A stretch of 55,516 bases of DNA from Mycoplasma sp. CAG:611 (GTDB lineage: Bacteria > Bacillota_I > Bacilli_A > RF39 > UBA660), in contig HF999800.1 of assembly GCA_000434175.1 (NCBI GenBank), positions 60,947 to 116,462 on the forward strand. The letters run 5' to 3'. Numbering within the stretch: the first letter of the stretch is position 1; each line of letters opens with the position of its first letter. Below, in pieces: positions 1 through 10,250 of this stretch. Below the pieces are notes generated by a model. That model searched no databases. It was not told the DNA's origin and worked only from the letters and a program-made list of their open reading frames with translations. The translations under genes were made by a program, and so were the position numbers.

Positions 1-98
1 ATACTTTTACATATTCTTCTAAAAGCACTGTTAGAAACGCCTGCCATTGGTGCTAAAACAACTTTACTATTAATTTCAATATTTCCTATTTTTACCAT
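1..98 (-). CDS. dusB: tRNA-dihydrouridine synthase, N-terminal fragment (gene continues beyond left edge)
   Basis: Reverse complement of 1-98 reads MVKIGNIEINSKVVLAPMAGVSNSAFRRICKS. The VLAPMAGV(S/T) start is typical of the Dus family. It is absent from the ORF track because it is truncated. Confidence 0.65.
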   Translation of the reverse strand, partial: MVKIGNIEINSKVVLAPMAGVSNSAFRRICKS

Positions 99-130
99 AA
101 AACCACTCTTTTCTATACAATTATTTTATC

Positions 131-153
131 AAAAAAAGTATGAAATTCATACT
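131..153 (-). terminator. intrinsic terminator after ftsH
   Basis: AGTATGA-AAT-TCATACT hairpin (137-153) directly after the ftsH stop. It is flanked by A7 on the plus strand, which is a T7 run on the minus strand. Confidence 0.6.
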
Positions 154-154
154 T

Positions 155-2095
155 TTATTTATTTAATTTTGAAACTAATTCTTCTTTTGTCATTTTAGCA
201 TAACCTTTAATACCTTGTTCTTTTGCTAAAGTTTTTAATTCTTCTAAATCATATTCATCTTGAGGCATTTTTTTATGTTCTACTAAATACTCTATTTGTT
301 CTTGAGTTAAAGTTTCATATTTCATTAAGTTTTCTGCTACTAAATCCAAAAGTTCTTTATTTTCTAAAAGAATCTTTTTGGTTTTTTCATAACATGAATC
401 AATAATTTTTCTTATTTCTTGATCTATTTCATATGCAACTTGATCTGATGAATTCCTTGATTTATTATAATCTCTACCTAAAAATACACTTGACTCATTT
501 TGTTCTAGTTGAATAGGCCCAAGATCACTCATACCATATTCAGTAACCATTGCTCTTGCTATTTTAGTAGCTCTTTCAATATCATTTGATGCTCCTGTTG
601 TAATATCTTTGAACATTAATTCTTCACTTCCACGACCTGCTAAAAGGGTTGTTATTGTTTCTAAAAGTTCTTTTTTGGTTACATGGAATTTTTCTTCTTC
701 ATTTTGAATATTTGTATATCCTCCAGCCATACCACGAGGTATAATTGTAACTTTTTGAACTATATTAGAATTTTCTTGTTTTAATCCTGCAACAACATGA
801 CCTGCTTCATGATAAGCTGTAATTTTTTTATCTTTTTCACTAGGTTGTCTTGTTGTTTTAGCTGGTCCCATTAAAACACGATCATGTGCTTCATCAACAT
901 CACTCATATTAATTTCACTTTTATTTTTTCTAACAGCAAGAAGTGCTGCTTCATTAAGTAAGTTTTCTAGATCTGCTCCTGAAAAACCTGAAGTTCTTTT
1001 AGCAAGGAATTTTAAATTAACATCTTTACCTAATATTTTATTTTTAGCATGTACTTTTAATATTGCTTCCCTTTCTCTAAGATCTGGTAAAGATACAGTT
1101 ACTTGTCTATCAAATCTTCCTGGACGAAGAAGAGCTGGGTCTAAAACATCTGGTCTATTTGTTGCTGCGATTATAATAATTCCTTCATTAGCGCCAAATC
1201 CATCCATTTCAGTTAATAATTGGTTTAAAGTTTGTTCCCTTTCATCATGTCCTCCACCTAAACCTGTACCTCTTTGACGACCAACAGCATCTATTTCATC
1301 AATAAATATTAAACATGGTGCTGTTTGTTTTGCTTGTTTAAACATATCACGAACACGACTTGCTCCAACCCCAACGAATAATTCAACAAAATCAGAACCA
1401 CTTATGTAATAAAATGGTACATTTGCTTCTCCTGCTACAGCTTTAGCAAGCAAAGTTTTACCAGTTCCTGGAGGCCCTACAAGAAGTACTCCTTTTGGTA
1501 TTCTAGCTCCTAATTTTTGAAATTTTCTTGGATTTTTTAAAAAATCAATAAGTTCTTTAACCTCTTGTTTTTCTTCAACTAAACCTGCAACATTATCAAA
1601 TGTAACTTTATTTTTATCAGTTTGAAGTTTTGCTTTACTTTTTCCAAAATCAAATGATTTATTAGCTCCTCCAACTTGTTTATTCAAGAAAAACAATGTT
1701 ACTCCAATAATTAAAGCATAAGGTAAAAAATTAAGTAACATAAGTAAAAATGAACTACCCTCAGGATCTTTATTTACTTTAAGCTTAAAATTATCACTTT
1801 CACTTGCACTTAAAATATCACTTATAACTTTTTCTGACAATGGTGCTTTTAAAGTAAACATTTCATTATCTTTATAATCTTTTAATTTACCTTGTAAAAT
1901 GTAAACTTGACCACTCATACTTGGTGTTATTTCTAATTTTTCAATAGTACCTTTATTTAAATTAGACATAAATTCATCATATGATAATTGATTGTTAACA
2001 TTTCTAAATGATACAAATGCATAATATAAACATATTAGAACTGCCAATGCAAAAACATATGAAAATATACTTCTTTTAATATCTTTTTTATTCAT
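155..2095 (-). CDS. ftsH: ATP-dependent zinc metalloprotease FtsH
   Basis: Two N-terminal TM segments, AAA+ Walker A GPPGTGKT, Walker B IIFIDEID, second region of homology, and HEAGH zinc motif. Confidence 0.97.
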   Translation of the reverse strand: MNKKDIKRSIFSYVFALAVLICLYYAFVSFRNVNNQLSYDEFMSNLNKGTIEKLEITPSMSGQVYILQGKLKDYKDNEMFTLKAPLSEKVISDILSASESDNFKLKVNKDPEGSSFLLMLLNFLPYALIIGVTLFFLNKQVGGANKSFDFGKSKAKLQTDKNKVTFDNVAGLVEEKQEVKELIDFLKNPRKFQKLGARIPKGVLLVGPPGTGKTLLAKAVAGEANVPFYYISGSDFVELFVGVGASRVRDMFKQAKQTAPCLIFIDEIDAVGRQRGTGLGGGHDEREQTLNQLLTEMDGFGANEGIIIIAATNRPDVLDPALLRPGRFDRQVTVSLPDLREREAILKVHAKNKILGKDVNLKFLAKRTSGFSGADLENLLNEAALLAVRKNKSEINMSDVDEAHDRVLMGPAKTTRQPSEKDKKITAYHEAGHVVAGLKQENSNIVQKVTIIPRGMAGGYTNIQNEEEKFHVTKKELLETITTLLAGRGSEELMFKDITTGASNDIERATKIARAMVTEYGMSDLGPIQLEQNESSVFLGRDYNKSRNSSDQVAYEIDQEIRKIIDSCYEKTKKILLENKELLDLVAENLMKYETLTQEQIEYLVEHKKMPQDEYDLEELKTLAKEQGIKGYAKMTKEELVSKLNK

Positions 2096-2110
2096 TAAAA
2101 AACCTCCTTG

Positions 2111-3439
2111 TTAATAATACCTTAATATTATATCACATTTTTTATTTTTTGGAATATCAAATTTAGATTTTTTTATTCCAGGTATCCACACTACTTTATC
2201 TTTTGAATCCACAACAATCGGCCAGATATCTCTTTTTGATAAAGGTATTTTACTATTTATAAATATATCTTTAACCTTTTTTTGTTTATTCATTCCCTTA
2301 ACATACATTTTATCTCCAACTTTTCTTGTCCTTATATGTAAAGGAAAAACCAAATCTTCTTTATTCAATCTTGCATAATTATTATCATTAATTTCACTTT
2401 CTTCAACCACTTCGATTACTTTACCATTAGGTAAAACAACTTTACTATTTTTTTCCCCTATTTCTAATTCATAACTATCTACTTCTTCAGTTACTTCCTT
2501 AATTATTAAATCATTATAACTTCTTACAACCTTAACATTATTAGGTAAATATACATAACTATTTGGTCTTGAAGAATAAATAAGATTATTTATAATATTA
2601 ACATGTTTATCATTTAAAAGAATTAAATCATCACTATATTTTTCTTCTAACATAAAATAAATAACTCTATTTTTAATTACATCATCTAGTTTTTTATATT
2701 TTTCAATATCAAGTTTGTTATCTTTAACTACCTTCTTTATTATTTTAGTTGTTTCTTTATTAATATATTCATTATACATTTGCAAAGTTTTACTATACTT
2801 TAAAAACTTTTCATGAACGTTTTTATCTTCTTTCTTTAAAAAAGGAAGAACTACTTTACGATATCTATTTCTTGTATGAAAATTATCAAAATTTGTTTTA
2901 TCTATAAAATAATTTAATTTATGCTTTTTATTATAATTTAATATATCTTCTTTGGTAACACTAATTAAAGGTCTTATTATTTTATAAGAACTTTTATCTA
3001 CTTCTTTACTAAAGCCACTGTAACCTGAAATTGAAGAACCTCTTACAATCTTCATAAGAATTGTTTCAATTAAATCATCACCATGATGAGCAGTCATAAG
3101 ATATGTCCCATTATATTTTTTCATTAAATCATCAAAATATTTATATCTAATTGTTCTAGCCTCATTTTCAAAATTATCATCACTATATTTTGTAATTGTC
3201 ATAGTTTCAAACGGAATTTTATTTTTTAAACAATATTTTTCCATAAATATTTGCTCATTTTTACTTTCTTTTCTTACATTATGATTAACATGCGCACAAA
3301 TAAGTGAAAAATCAATTTCCTTTTGTAAATTTTTAAGAATATCAAATAAACAAATAGAATCAGGTCCCCCAGAACACCCAATTACAACTACATCATCTTG
3401 TTTTATTAATTTTTTTAAATAATCTTTTACATCATCCAT
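2111..3439 (-). CDS. tilS: tRNA(Ile)-lysidine synthetase
   Basis: N-terminal PP-loop SGGPDS. Its length and its position upstream of ftsH match Bacillus. Confidence 0.9.
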   Translation of the reverse strand: MDDVKDYLKKLIKQDDVVVIGCSGGPDSICLFDILKNLQKEIDFSLICAHVNHNVRKESKNEQIFMEKYCLKNKIPFETMTITKYSDDNFENEARTIRYKYFDDLMKKYNGTYLMTAHHGDDLIETILMKIVRGSSISGYSGFSKEVDKSSYKIIRPLISVTKEDILNYNKKHKLNYFIDKTNFDNFHTRNRYRKVVLPFLKKEDKNVHEKFLKYSKTLQMYNEYINKETTKIIKKVVKDNKLDIEKYKKLDDVIKNRVIYFMLEEKYSDDLILLNDKHVNIINNLIYSSRPNSYVYLPNNVKVVRSYNDLIIKEVTEEVDSYELEIGEKNSKVVLPNGKVIEVVEESEINDNNYARLNKEDLVFPLHIRTRKVGDKMYVKGMNKQKKVKDIFINSKIPLSKRDIWPIVVDSKDKVVWIPGIKKSKFDIPKNKKCDIILRYY

Positions 3440-3486
3440 AAATTACCTCTTTATTATAAAAAATAATAACAAATATTATTATGTTA

Positions 3487-3789
3487 TTATTCTATTCTAA
3501 TAATATATTCTCCTTTTTTAGAGTAAAAAAACTTTTCCCTTGCATATTTTGCAATATAATCAGGGTCTTTTAATTTATTAACTTGTACTTTTAATGCCTC
3601 TTCTTCTTCTTGAAGATTAACAAGTTTGGTACTAAGTTCAACTTTTTCTTTTTTCTTATCATAAACTTGTTTTAACACATTAAACACCGAATAAAATACA
3701 TAAAAATTTACAACAAGGCAGATTAATCCAAAGAAAATAAGTCTTTTTTTTCTAACTTTATTACTCTTACTAATACTTTTCTTAGCCAT
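3487..3789 (-). CDS. divIC: septum formation initiator DivIC/FtsB family
   Basis: Basic N-terminus, single TM, then a coiled coil (LQEEEEALKVQVNKLKDPDYI). It follows yabP-yabQ as in Bacillus. The start is moved to MAKKS (3789), which has an AAAGGA RBS 9 nt upstream. Confidence 0.75.
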   Translation of the reverse strand: MAKKSISKSNKVRKKRLIFFGLICLVVNFYVFYSVFNVLKQVYDKKKEKVELSTKLVNLQEEEEALKVQVNKLKDPDYIAKYAREKFFYSKKGEYIIRIE

Positions 3790-3872
3790 AAATTTTTTCC
3801 TTTCTATACATTTATTCATACTATATTGTAACAAACAAGAAAAAAAACTTCAACAAATTAGACAAAAATTTA

Positions 3873-4151
3873 TTAAAGTTTACATCTTAATTTGTTAAAA
3901 AGTTTATTTCCTAGCAAAAAACTAATTAAAAATATTAAAAGCAAATAAATATGAATTATTCCTTTATTTATTTTTGTAAGTAAAATAATATATAAAATGG
4001 TAAAAAATATTGTAAAAATACTATTATATATTATTTTATAAAATAATTTTTTATAGACTAAAAATCTATAAAATATATTAAAAAACATTGCATAAATAAG
4101 CCCATATGAAAATGAGAAAAGTGATGTATAGATTTGAAAATTTAAACTCAT
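3873..4151 (-). CDS. yabQ: spore cortex biosynthesis protein YabQ-like small membrane protein
   Basis: 92-aa polytopic membrane protein with a 4-nt overlap with yabP, located between yabP and divIC as in Bacillus. Confidence 0.55.
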   Translation of the reverse strand: MSLNFQIYTSLFSFSYGLIYAMFFNIFYRFLVYKKLFYKIIYNSIFTIFFTILYIILLTKINKGIIHIYLLLIFLISFLLGNKLFNKLRCKL

Positions 4152-4444
4152 TTAAATAATTTATTAAATACACTTGATTCCTTATTTGCTTTTTTTAGTT
4201 CATCAATATATGTCATACTTATAAAATTTCCCTTTATAGATACAATCCCATCTTTTGTATCAAGTCTTACTATTTCAAGATTAGTTCCTTTTATTACAAG
4301 ATAACCCATATTAGTTTCAAGAAGAAATTCTTCTTCATCAAAATTATCAATTTTTAATACTCCCGTTATGTAAATACTTTTTCTTTCGTTAATACTAATT
4401 CCATGATTTTGACTAACACTAGATATTTCTAACATTTTATCCAT
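4148..4444 (-). CDS. yabP: sporulation protein YabP
   Basis: 98 aa. The ITGV..I..FDEEE..LET..G.L.IKG..L....L....G...I.G.I pattern is typical of the YabP/YqfC family. Confidence 0.8.
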   Translation of the reverse strand: MDKMLEISSVSQNHGISINERKSIYITGVLKIDNFDEEEFLLETNMGYLVIKGTNLEIVRLDTKDGIVSIKGNFISMTYIDELKKANKESSVFNKLFK

Positions 4445-4553
4445 ATATTTTCCTCCATTTAAGTATATGTAAGATTATTTAAAATAGAACTTCATTGTCT
4501 TTTTAAACCATTTATGTTATATTAAAGTTGCACTGAAAAGGAAGTGAGATTTT

Positions 4554-5471
4554 ATGAAAACTTGCCATTTAATTTGTAATTTAGAAAGCGGTAAGGGTAT
4601 TAAAAAAAAAGAAATTGATACAATTATAGAGTTAATTAAAAAGTATGATTATGAAGTAACATTACATATTACAGAAAATCAAGGAGACGCCACAAGTATT
4701 GTTAAAGCTTTAAAGAAATGTGATTTAGTTTTATCAATCGGTGGAGATGGAACATTTAATGAAATAGTAACAGGAAATTATAAAAGAAAAAATAAACTTT
4801 TATTATCTCATATACCCGTTGGGACAACAAACGACATAGGAACAATGCTTGGAATGAATAAAAATATAATTAAAAATGTTAAAGATATATTAGAAGGAGA
4901 TATAAAACAAATGGATATTGGTATAATAAATAATCAACCATTTATTTATGTCGCAGGTTTTGGTAAATTTATAAACGTACCCTATGAAACAGAAAGAAAG
5001 TTAAAAAAAAGTTTAGGGCATCTCGCTTATTTAATAAATGGATTTAAAGAGTTTTTTCAAATAACAAAACTTTATGATATTGAATATGAAATTGATGGTG
5101 TGAAAGAAAGAGGACTTTTCTCTTTAATTCTTATATCAAATGCTAATCATATCGCAGGATTTAATAATATTTATAAAAATGTTAAATTAGATGATGATAA
5201 ATTTGAAATAATATTTTGTAATATATCAAGAAGAAAAGATTTAGTTAGGTCTTTAATTATGTTAGTTAAAAATGATATAACTAAAATTCCTGGAATATAT
5301 AGTTATACGGGAAAAAATATAAAAATAAAATTCTATGATAAACCAAAAAATAATTGGACTATCGATGGAGAAAAATATAAAGATTTAACATATGATTATG
5401 AAATTAATATTGAAAAAAATATGAAATTTTTACTTCCAAAGAAAAATTTAGATAATTTATTTATAAAATAA
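4554..5471 (+). CDS. diacylglycerol/lipid kinase family protein (YegS/DagK-like)
   Basis: GGDGT motif (SIGGDGTFNEIV) and PVGTTND motif. About 300 aa. Confidence 0.85.
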   Translation: MKTCHLICNLESGKGIKKKEIDTIIELIKKYDYEVTLHITENQGDATSIVKALKKCDLVLSIGGDGTFNEIVTGNYKRKNKLLLSHIPVGTTNDIGTMLGMNKNIIKNVKDILEGDIKQMDIGIINNQPFIYVAGFGKFINVPYETERKLKKSLGHLAYLINGFKEFFQITKLYDIEYEIDGVKERGLFSLILISNANHIAGFNNIYKNVKLDDDKFEIIFCNISRRKDLVRSLIMLVKNDITKIPGIYSYTGKNIKIKFYDKPKNNWTIDGEKYKDLTYDYEINIEKNMKFLLPKKNLDNLFIK

Positions 5472-5499
5472 ATACATGTTTTACTAACATGTATTTTAT
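5471..5499. terminator. bidirectional terminator between convergent lipid kinase gene and whiA
   Basis: AATACATGTT-ttact-AACATGTATT 10-bp stem followed by a T-rich tract. Confidence 0.6.
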
Positions 5500-6425
5500 T
5501 TGTCATCTAGTTTTTTTGCCATTTCTTGAATCTTTCTAAATCTATGATTTAAACCTGATTTTGTTATTGTTTTATTTGTTTCTTCTGTCATTATTATACT
5601 TAAATCATTTAAAGAAACATCAGGATATTTTTTCCTATAAATAACAACTTCTTGTAATTTCTCATCCAATAAATCAAAACCAATTACATCTTCTAATTTT
5701 TTTATATCATTTAATTGTTTTTGAGCAGAAGATACTATTTTATCAACATTTGCTTGTTCACAATTATTAAGTCTATTAGTCATATTTTTGTGATCTCTAT
5801 ATATTCTTATATCTTCAAAATATAATAATGCTACATTAGCAGAAATAATTCTTAAAAAATCCCCTATTTTTTCAGATTCTTTAACATATACCATATAATT
5901 ATTATCTCTAGCTAACATTTTATTATTAATATAAAAATCATTTAAAATATTAGAAACAAAAGACGCTTCACTTTTATTATCTATAAAAAACTCCATATGA
6001 TATCCCAACTTTTTAGGATCATTAATACTTCCACATGCTAAAAATACTCCCCTTAAATAAGCTCTTTTTAAATCTTCTGTATCTGTTATATACGACTTTG
6101 GTTTATCAAGTATCTTATTATTTTCATCAATTACCATGATGTCTTTTAAAATAAAATTAGCATTATTATCTATTACCAAATTATAATAAGTATTTTTATT
6201 AAAGTTATTACTTTTTCCCTTTTCAATCAAAGGAGAAACACCATATATTTCTTTAAATAAATTATATAAATATCTAATTATCTTAGGATTTTCTGTTACA
6301 AGTGATATTTTATTAACATCTTCTAATTTATTATTTCTAACAAACCCTGATAAAAAAGATATATTTTCTACCCTTGATAATTTTAAAGAACAAACTTCAT
6401 TTTTAATTTCTGTAGAAAAAGACAT
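5496..6425 (-). CDS. whiA: DNA-binding protein WhiA
   Basis: The MSFS.E.K.E start, LAGLIDADG-derived repeats (LRGVFLACGSINDP), and a C-terminal HTH (SGLNHRFRKI). Confidence 0.9.
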   Translation of the reverse strand: MSFSTEIKNEVCSLKLSRVENISFLSGFVRNNKLEDVNKISLVTENPKIIRYLYNLFKEIYGVSPLIEKGKSNNFNKNTYYNLVIDNNANFILKDIMVIDENNKILDKPKSYITDTEDLKRAYLRGVFLACGSINDPKKLGYHMEFFIDNKSEASFVSNILNDFYINNKMLARDNNYMVYVKESEKIGDFLRIISANVALLYFEDIRIYRDHKNMTNRLNNCEQANVDKIVSSAQKQLNDIKKLEDVIGFDLLDEKLQEVVIYRKKYPDVSLNDLSIIMTEETNKTITKSGLNHRFRKIQEMAKKLDDK

Positions 6426-6465
6426 AATATCAAATCCCTTCTTCTTTCATTATACAATATTTTTT

Positions 6466-6687
6466 CTAATCTTCAAAATGTATTTCTAAATTTCCTATTA
6501 ATATATCAGTATAAGTAAATGATCTTTTTATCCCCGTGTCATTTGGTTTAACAACAAATAAATACTTATATGTATTTATTATTTTACCATTAAACTCTTC
6601 AGTTTGATTCCTATTACCATTAAATTTAAACCTAACATTTTTAGATGCATTTTCTTCTAACATGTTTTTTATCTTTGTTATATTCAT
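6466..6687 (-). CDS. veg: Veg family biofilm/sporulation-associated small protein
   Basis: 73 aa with the pattern I...L......V.....G.R......G.I...Y...F.V.........SF.Y.D.L.G...I.F. It lies next to yabG-rsmA as in Bacillus. Confidence 0.7.
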   Translation of the reverse strand: MNITKIKNMLEENASKNVRFKFNGNRNQTEEFNGKIINTYKYLFVVKPNDTGIKRSFTYTDILIGNLEIHFED

Positions 6688-7493
6688 CTAGGATACCCCA
6701 CATACATCGTACCATTAGTTATAATTCCCCCGATGCCTGAAGCACCATATTTTGTTTTATCCAAAATACCAATTAAATCAATAGGTTTTCCTTTATCTGA
6801 TAAACTTATACTAGACGCTACAATAGCAGGATCTAAAGCATGAATATTAATTCTTTTAGGGCTTGAGGCAAAATTTGCTCCTGATTTTATAAGTTCTTCA
6901 TAATTTGATTGACATGCTCCTGCGATTATTATAAGTTTTTCTTGATCTTTTTCATATTTTCTTGCATTTCTAACGGCATTAATAAAATTCATACTATTTT
7001 TATAATTATTATTATTTTTATAATCATCATAATCTTTACTATTATAAGCATCATGTCCTGTTACTACTAAAATATCAGGTTTAATTTCATTTAAATATTT
7101 ATAAATATTAGAAGAAACATCTTTTTCTTTCATTACAATTCCATAAGATAAAACATTCATTTTTTTATAAAAATTCATACATCTATCTAAATATTCTTTA
7201 TCTGCATCAATATGAAGAACTTTACCAGGTAAATAAAAATATTCATCTCTATTTAATTTATTAAAAGAATCCATTCTTTCTAAAAGTTTACTATCATCAG
7301 TTTCTAAATCTTCTTTACATTTTTCACATAAAACTAAATCACTTATATTAGAATCCGCGATTAATCTTATATTTACTCCTTGAAGTATAGCTATACTATC
7401 TTTTATTTCTATTATTTTAAAAACAGTATCGTTATTATAAGATTCTCTAGTAACATAATCTCCTACATTAAAAAGCATATAATCATCTCCCAT
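6684..7493 (-). CDS. yabG: sporulation-specific protease YabG (peptidase U57)
   Basis: Strong motif matches to B. subtilis YabG: PGKVLHIDAD, PDILVVTGHDAY, AGACQSNYEELIKSGANFASSPKRINIHALDP. Confidence 0.9.
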   Translation of the reverse strand: MGDDYMLFNVGDYVTRESYNNDTVFKIIEIKDSIAILQGVNIRLIADSNISDLVLCEKCKEDLETDDSKLLERMDSFNKLNRDEYFYLPGKVLHIDADKEYLDRCMNFYKKMNVLSYGIVMKEKDVSSNIYKYLNEIKPDILVVTGHDAYNSKDYDDYKNNNNYKNSMNFINAVRNARKYEKDQEKLIIIAGACQSNYEELIKSGANFASSPKRINIHALDPAIVASSISLSDKGKPIDLIGILDKTKYGASGIGGIITNGTMYVGYPR

Positions 7494-7521
7494 AAATTAT
7501 ATGCTTTGTTTTTTATAAATA

Positions 7522-8337
7522 TCATTTTTCTTTTTCATATAAAACTAAATTATTAGCAATATCAACAAATATATCAATACTTATTGCTTCTGCTCTTACA
7601 TTTAAATCAAAATTATATTTTTTTAAAACTTTTTCTATAACAACTAAATTATATTCTTTTAAATTGTTTCTAATATTTTTTCTTTTAAATTTAAAGCTAT
7701 CTCTAACAAGTTTAAAAAATAACTTTTCATCATAAACTTCTAACATTTTATCTTTCTTTTTAAAAGATACTACAACACTATCAACATTAGGGCTAGGTAA
7801 AAAACAATTTCTTTTTACAATAAACTCTTTTTTTATATCATAATAATAATTCAAATAAACAGATAATGAACTATATTCTTTTGTTCCCGCCTTAGCACTT
7901 AATCTATCTCCAACTTCTTTTTGAACCATAAAAACTAAAATATCAGGGTTTATATTACTAGATATTATCTTTTCAATAATGGGAGTAGTTATATAATATG
8001 GTAAATTAGCAACAACATACAATTTATCATATTTAAAAGACTTTATATCAGAATTTACATCTCTTTTTAAAAAATCTCCAAAAATAACATTATAATTATT
8101 AAAAGCTTTTAAATTATCTTTTAAATAAGGAATAACTTCTTCATCTATCTCATAACATAAAACCTTATCATAATAATTACATAACTGTTTTGTTAATCTT
8201 CCATCTCCACATCCTATTTCAATAACTAAAGAATTTGTTTTATCTTTTATTACATTAGCTATTTTATTAGTAATATTACCATCAATTAAAAAGTTTTGAC
8301 CATATTTTTTCTTAAATTTAAAATTTTTTATTTCCAT
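7522..8337 (-). CDS. rsmA: 16S rRNA (adenine1518/1519-N6)-dimethyltransferase
   Basis: KKYGQNFL start, SAM-binding motif EIGCGDG, NLPYYITTPI motif. Confidence 0.95.
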   Translation of the reverse strand: MEIKNFKFKKKYGQNFLIDGNITNKIANVIKDKTNSLVIEIGCGDGRLTKQLCNYYDKVLCYEIDEEVIPYLKDNLKAFNNYNVIFGDFLKRDVNSDIKSFKYDKLYVVANLPYYITTPIIEKIISSNINPDILVFMVQKEVGDRLSAKAGTKEYSSLSVYLNYYYDIKKEFIVKRNCFLPSPNVDSVVVSFKKKDKMLEVYDEKLFFKLVRDSFKFKRKNIRNNLKEYNLVVIEKVLKKYNFDLNVRAEAISIDIFVDIANNLVLYEKEK

Positions 8338-8390
8338 AACACATCACAATAAGATTATAACAAAAAAAATAGAAATTTAAAACTTCTATT

Positions 8391-8942
8391 TTATAATTCT
8401 TCTTCCGTTTCTTCTTTAGACAATTCTAAATTTTGTTTAACTACTTCTTTTTCATCAAATATTTCTTCAGGTAAACTGTTTTTCATATCATATATTTGAT
8501 ATTTATTTTTCTTTTTTTCTTTACCTAAAACTGATGCTACAATTAAGAAAAAGTTACTTACTATTAAACAATATAACATAGATACAACAAAAGTTAAATT
8601 ATCTGAAAAGAAAGATGGATTGTAATTTATACCATATTTATGATATAAAACCATATTTGTATCTAATTTAGCTCTTACTCCAAATACAATTATTGCAGCA
8701 AATACAATACAACTTACAAAATTTAAAAGTAAATTGTCATTAATTTTACTATCTCTTCTAATAAGATTAACTATATATATAACTAATAATAAAATAAATG
8801 GTATAAAAACACTAATAGCATCAAGTAAACTTTTTTCTAATCTACTGTAAGTAGATAAAATACCAAATAAAATAGCCATTGTTGCTAAAATAAAAAGTAT
8901 TATTTTTAAAAATTCAAACATTTTTGATAAAACTTTATTCAT
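8391..8942 (-). CDS. hypothetical polytopic membrane protein with acidic C-terminal tail (last gene of SipW locus)
   Basis: Four predicted TM helices and an EE-rich tail. Its start overlaps the stop of the upstream gene at 8942. I recognise no family. Confidence 0.5.
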   Translation of the reverse strand: MNKVLSKMFEFLKIILFILATMAILFGILSTYSRLEKSLLDAISVFIPFILLLVIYIVNLIRRDSKINDNLLLNFVSCIVFAAIIVFGVRAKLDTNMVLYHKYGINYNPSFFSDNLTFVVSMLYCLIVSNFFLIVASVLGKEKKKNKYQIYDMKNSLPEEIFDEKEVVKQNLELSKEETEEEL

Positions 8943-9646
8943 TATCTATTACCCCCAAACTCATTTACATACCAAATGGAAGATTCTTCAATAACACTAG
9001 TTAATCTACTATAATTGGATAAATTTGTAAAGAATACATCAGAAGTATAATTATATATTGTATTTCTAACAGTATCTGTCGTCCAAAAATAAGAACTATT
9101 AAATAAAAGTCTATTTTCTAACCTTAATGCATCAGTACTAAGATCATCCCTTGCTCTTATTAAATTATTTTTAACAGCATCATAACCATTAACTTTTATA
9201 TTGTATTTATTAATTGCATCTGTTACTTCTGCTTCTAATAAAAGCGTACAATAAGAATTAATTTTAGAACTAAAAGTTTTATTATAATCATAAATGTCTG
9301 CTGGTTTAAATGAATTTTTTTCTAAATTATAAAAATCACTTGTTTTAATTTCATTTAAACATTGTTCTGTTTTAGATTTATAAGTTAATGCTGTCATTCT
9401 TCTATTTATATCTTTAATATTATCTACATCAACCTTATTAATATTATTTTCTATTTCTTTTACATTTTCTTTAAAAGATATATAAGTTTTACTTTCATTA
9501 AGGTTATAATTATATGATTTATTTACTTCAATATAGTGATAAACATTACTTAAAAGTAGATGTGCACTTAAAGCTAAAGTTAAAATCATAAGACAATTGG
9601 CAAATAATTCAAATATTTCTTTAAAATAATCTTTCATTTTTATCAT
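8942..9646 (-). CDS. hypothetical membrane-anchored protein (SipW locus)
   Basis: One N-terminal TM (CLMILTLALSAHLLL) followed by a ~190-aa soluble domain. I recognise no family. Confidence 0.5.
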   Translation of the reverse strand: MIKMKDYFKEIFELFANCLMILTLALSAHLLLSNVYHYIEVNKSYNYNLNESKTYISFKENVKEIENNINKVDVDNIKDINRRMTALTYKSKTEQCLNEIKTSDFYNLEKNSFKPADIYDYNKTFSSKINSYCTLLLEAEVTDAINKYNIKVNGYDAVKNNLIRARDDLSTDALRLENRLLFNSSYFWTTDTVRNTIYNYTSDVFFTNLSNYSRLTSVIEESSIWYVNEFGGNR

Positions 9647-9656
9647 CCCTTTTTAT

Positions 9657-10250
9657 TTATTTTTTTATTACAACTTCATAATTATAATATCCACTTGCAT
9701 TAGAATTGCCCCAAATCAATATTTCATAATTATCTACAGTTTTTAATCCAATTGAAGTAGTTACTAATACATTGTTTTTTAAGTTACTTAATTTTCCTTC
9801 TTTTATTTTAACATCATTTTTAAATACAGAATAATTTAAATTTTTCCTATTAACCATTTTTTCATTATTATTAAGCTTTATATCATTTATCGTAAGTTTA
9901 TAAGTTATTTCATATTCATTATCATTTCTAACATAAAATTTATATTTATTTGAATTATCATAACTATTATATACTTTTATATTTTCAATATAGTTAGTAA
10001 AGTTTTCATTTTGATATATTCCAAGTAAATCTCCTTGATGTATTGTGTTATCATTTATTTTATTATAATGTTTTGATAACAAATACCCAATAAACATACC
10101 CAATAATACTGTTAATAATATAATTAAAATAAATAAAATATATTTCTTGTTTTTATCTTTTTCTTTATATTCATTTAATTCATTTGGACTAATTTCTTCT
10201 GTATATAAATAATTATCATTAAAGAATTTCTGTGTCACTTGAATCACCAC
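9657..10250 (-). CDS. membrane-anchored beta-rich protein, distant paralogue of the three secreted proteins upstream
   Basis: Cytoplasmic N-terminus, one TM (ILFILIILLTVLLGMFIGYLL), and a C-terminal YEILIWG motif resembling YRLRMWV / YTLRAWV / YKFRMWV in the secreted paralogues. It overlaps the sipW 3' end by 32 nt. Confidence 0.5.
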   Translation of the reverse strand: MVIQVTQKFFNDNYLYTEEISPNELNEYKEKDKNKKYILFILIILLTVLLGMFIGYLLSKHYNKINDNTIHQGDLLGIYQNENFTNYIENIKVYNSYDNSNKYKFYVRNDNEYEITYKLTINDIKLNNNEKMVNRKNLNYSVFKNDVKIKEGKLSNLKNNVLVTTSIGLKTVDNYEILIWGNSNASGYYNYEVVIKK

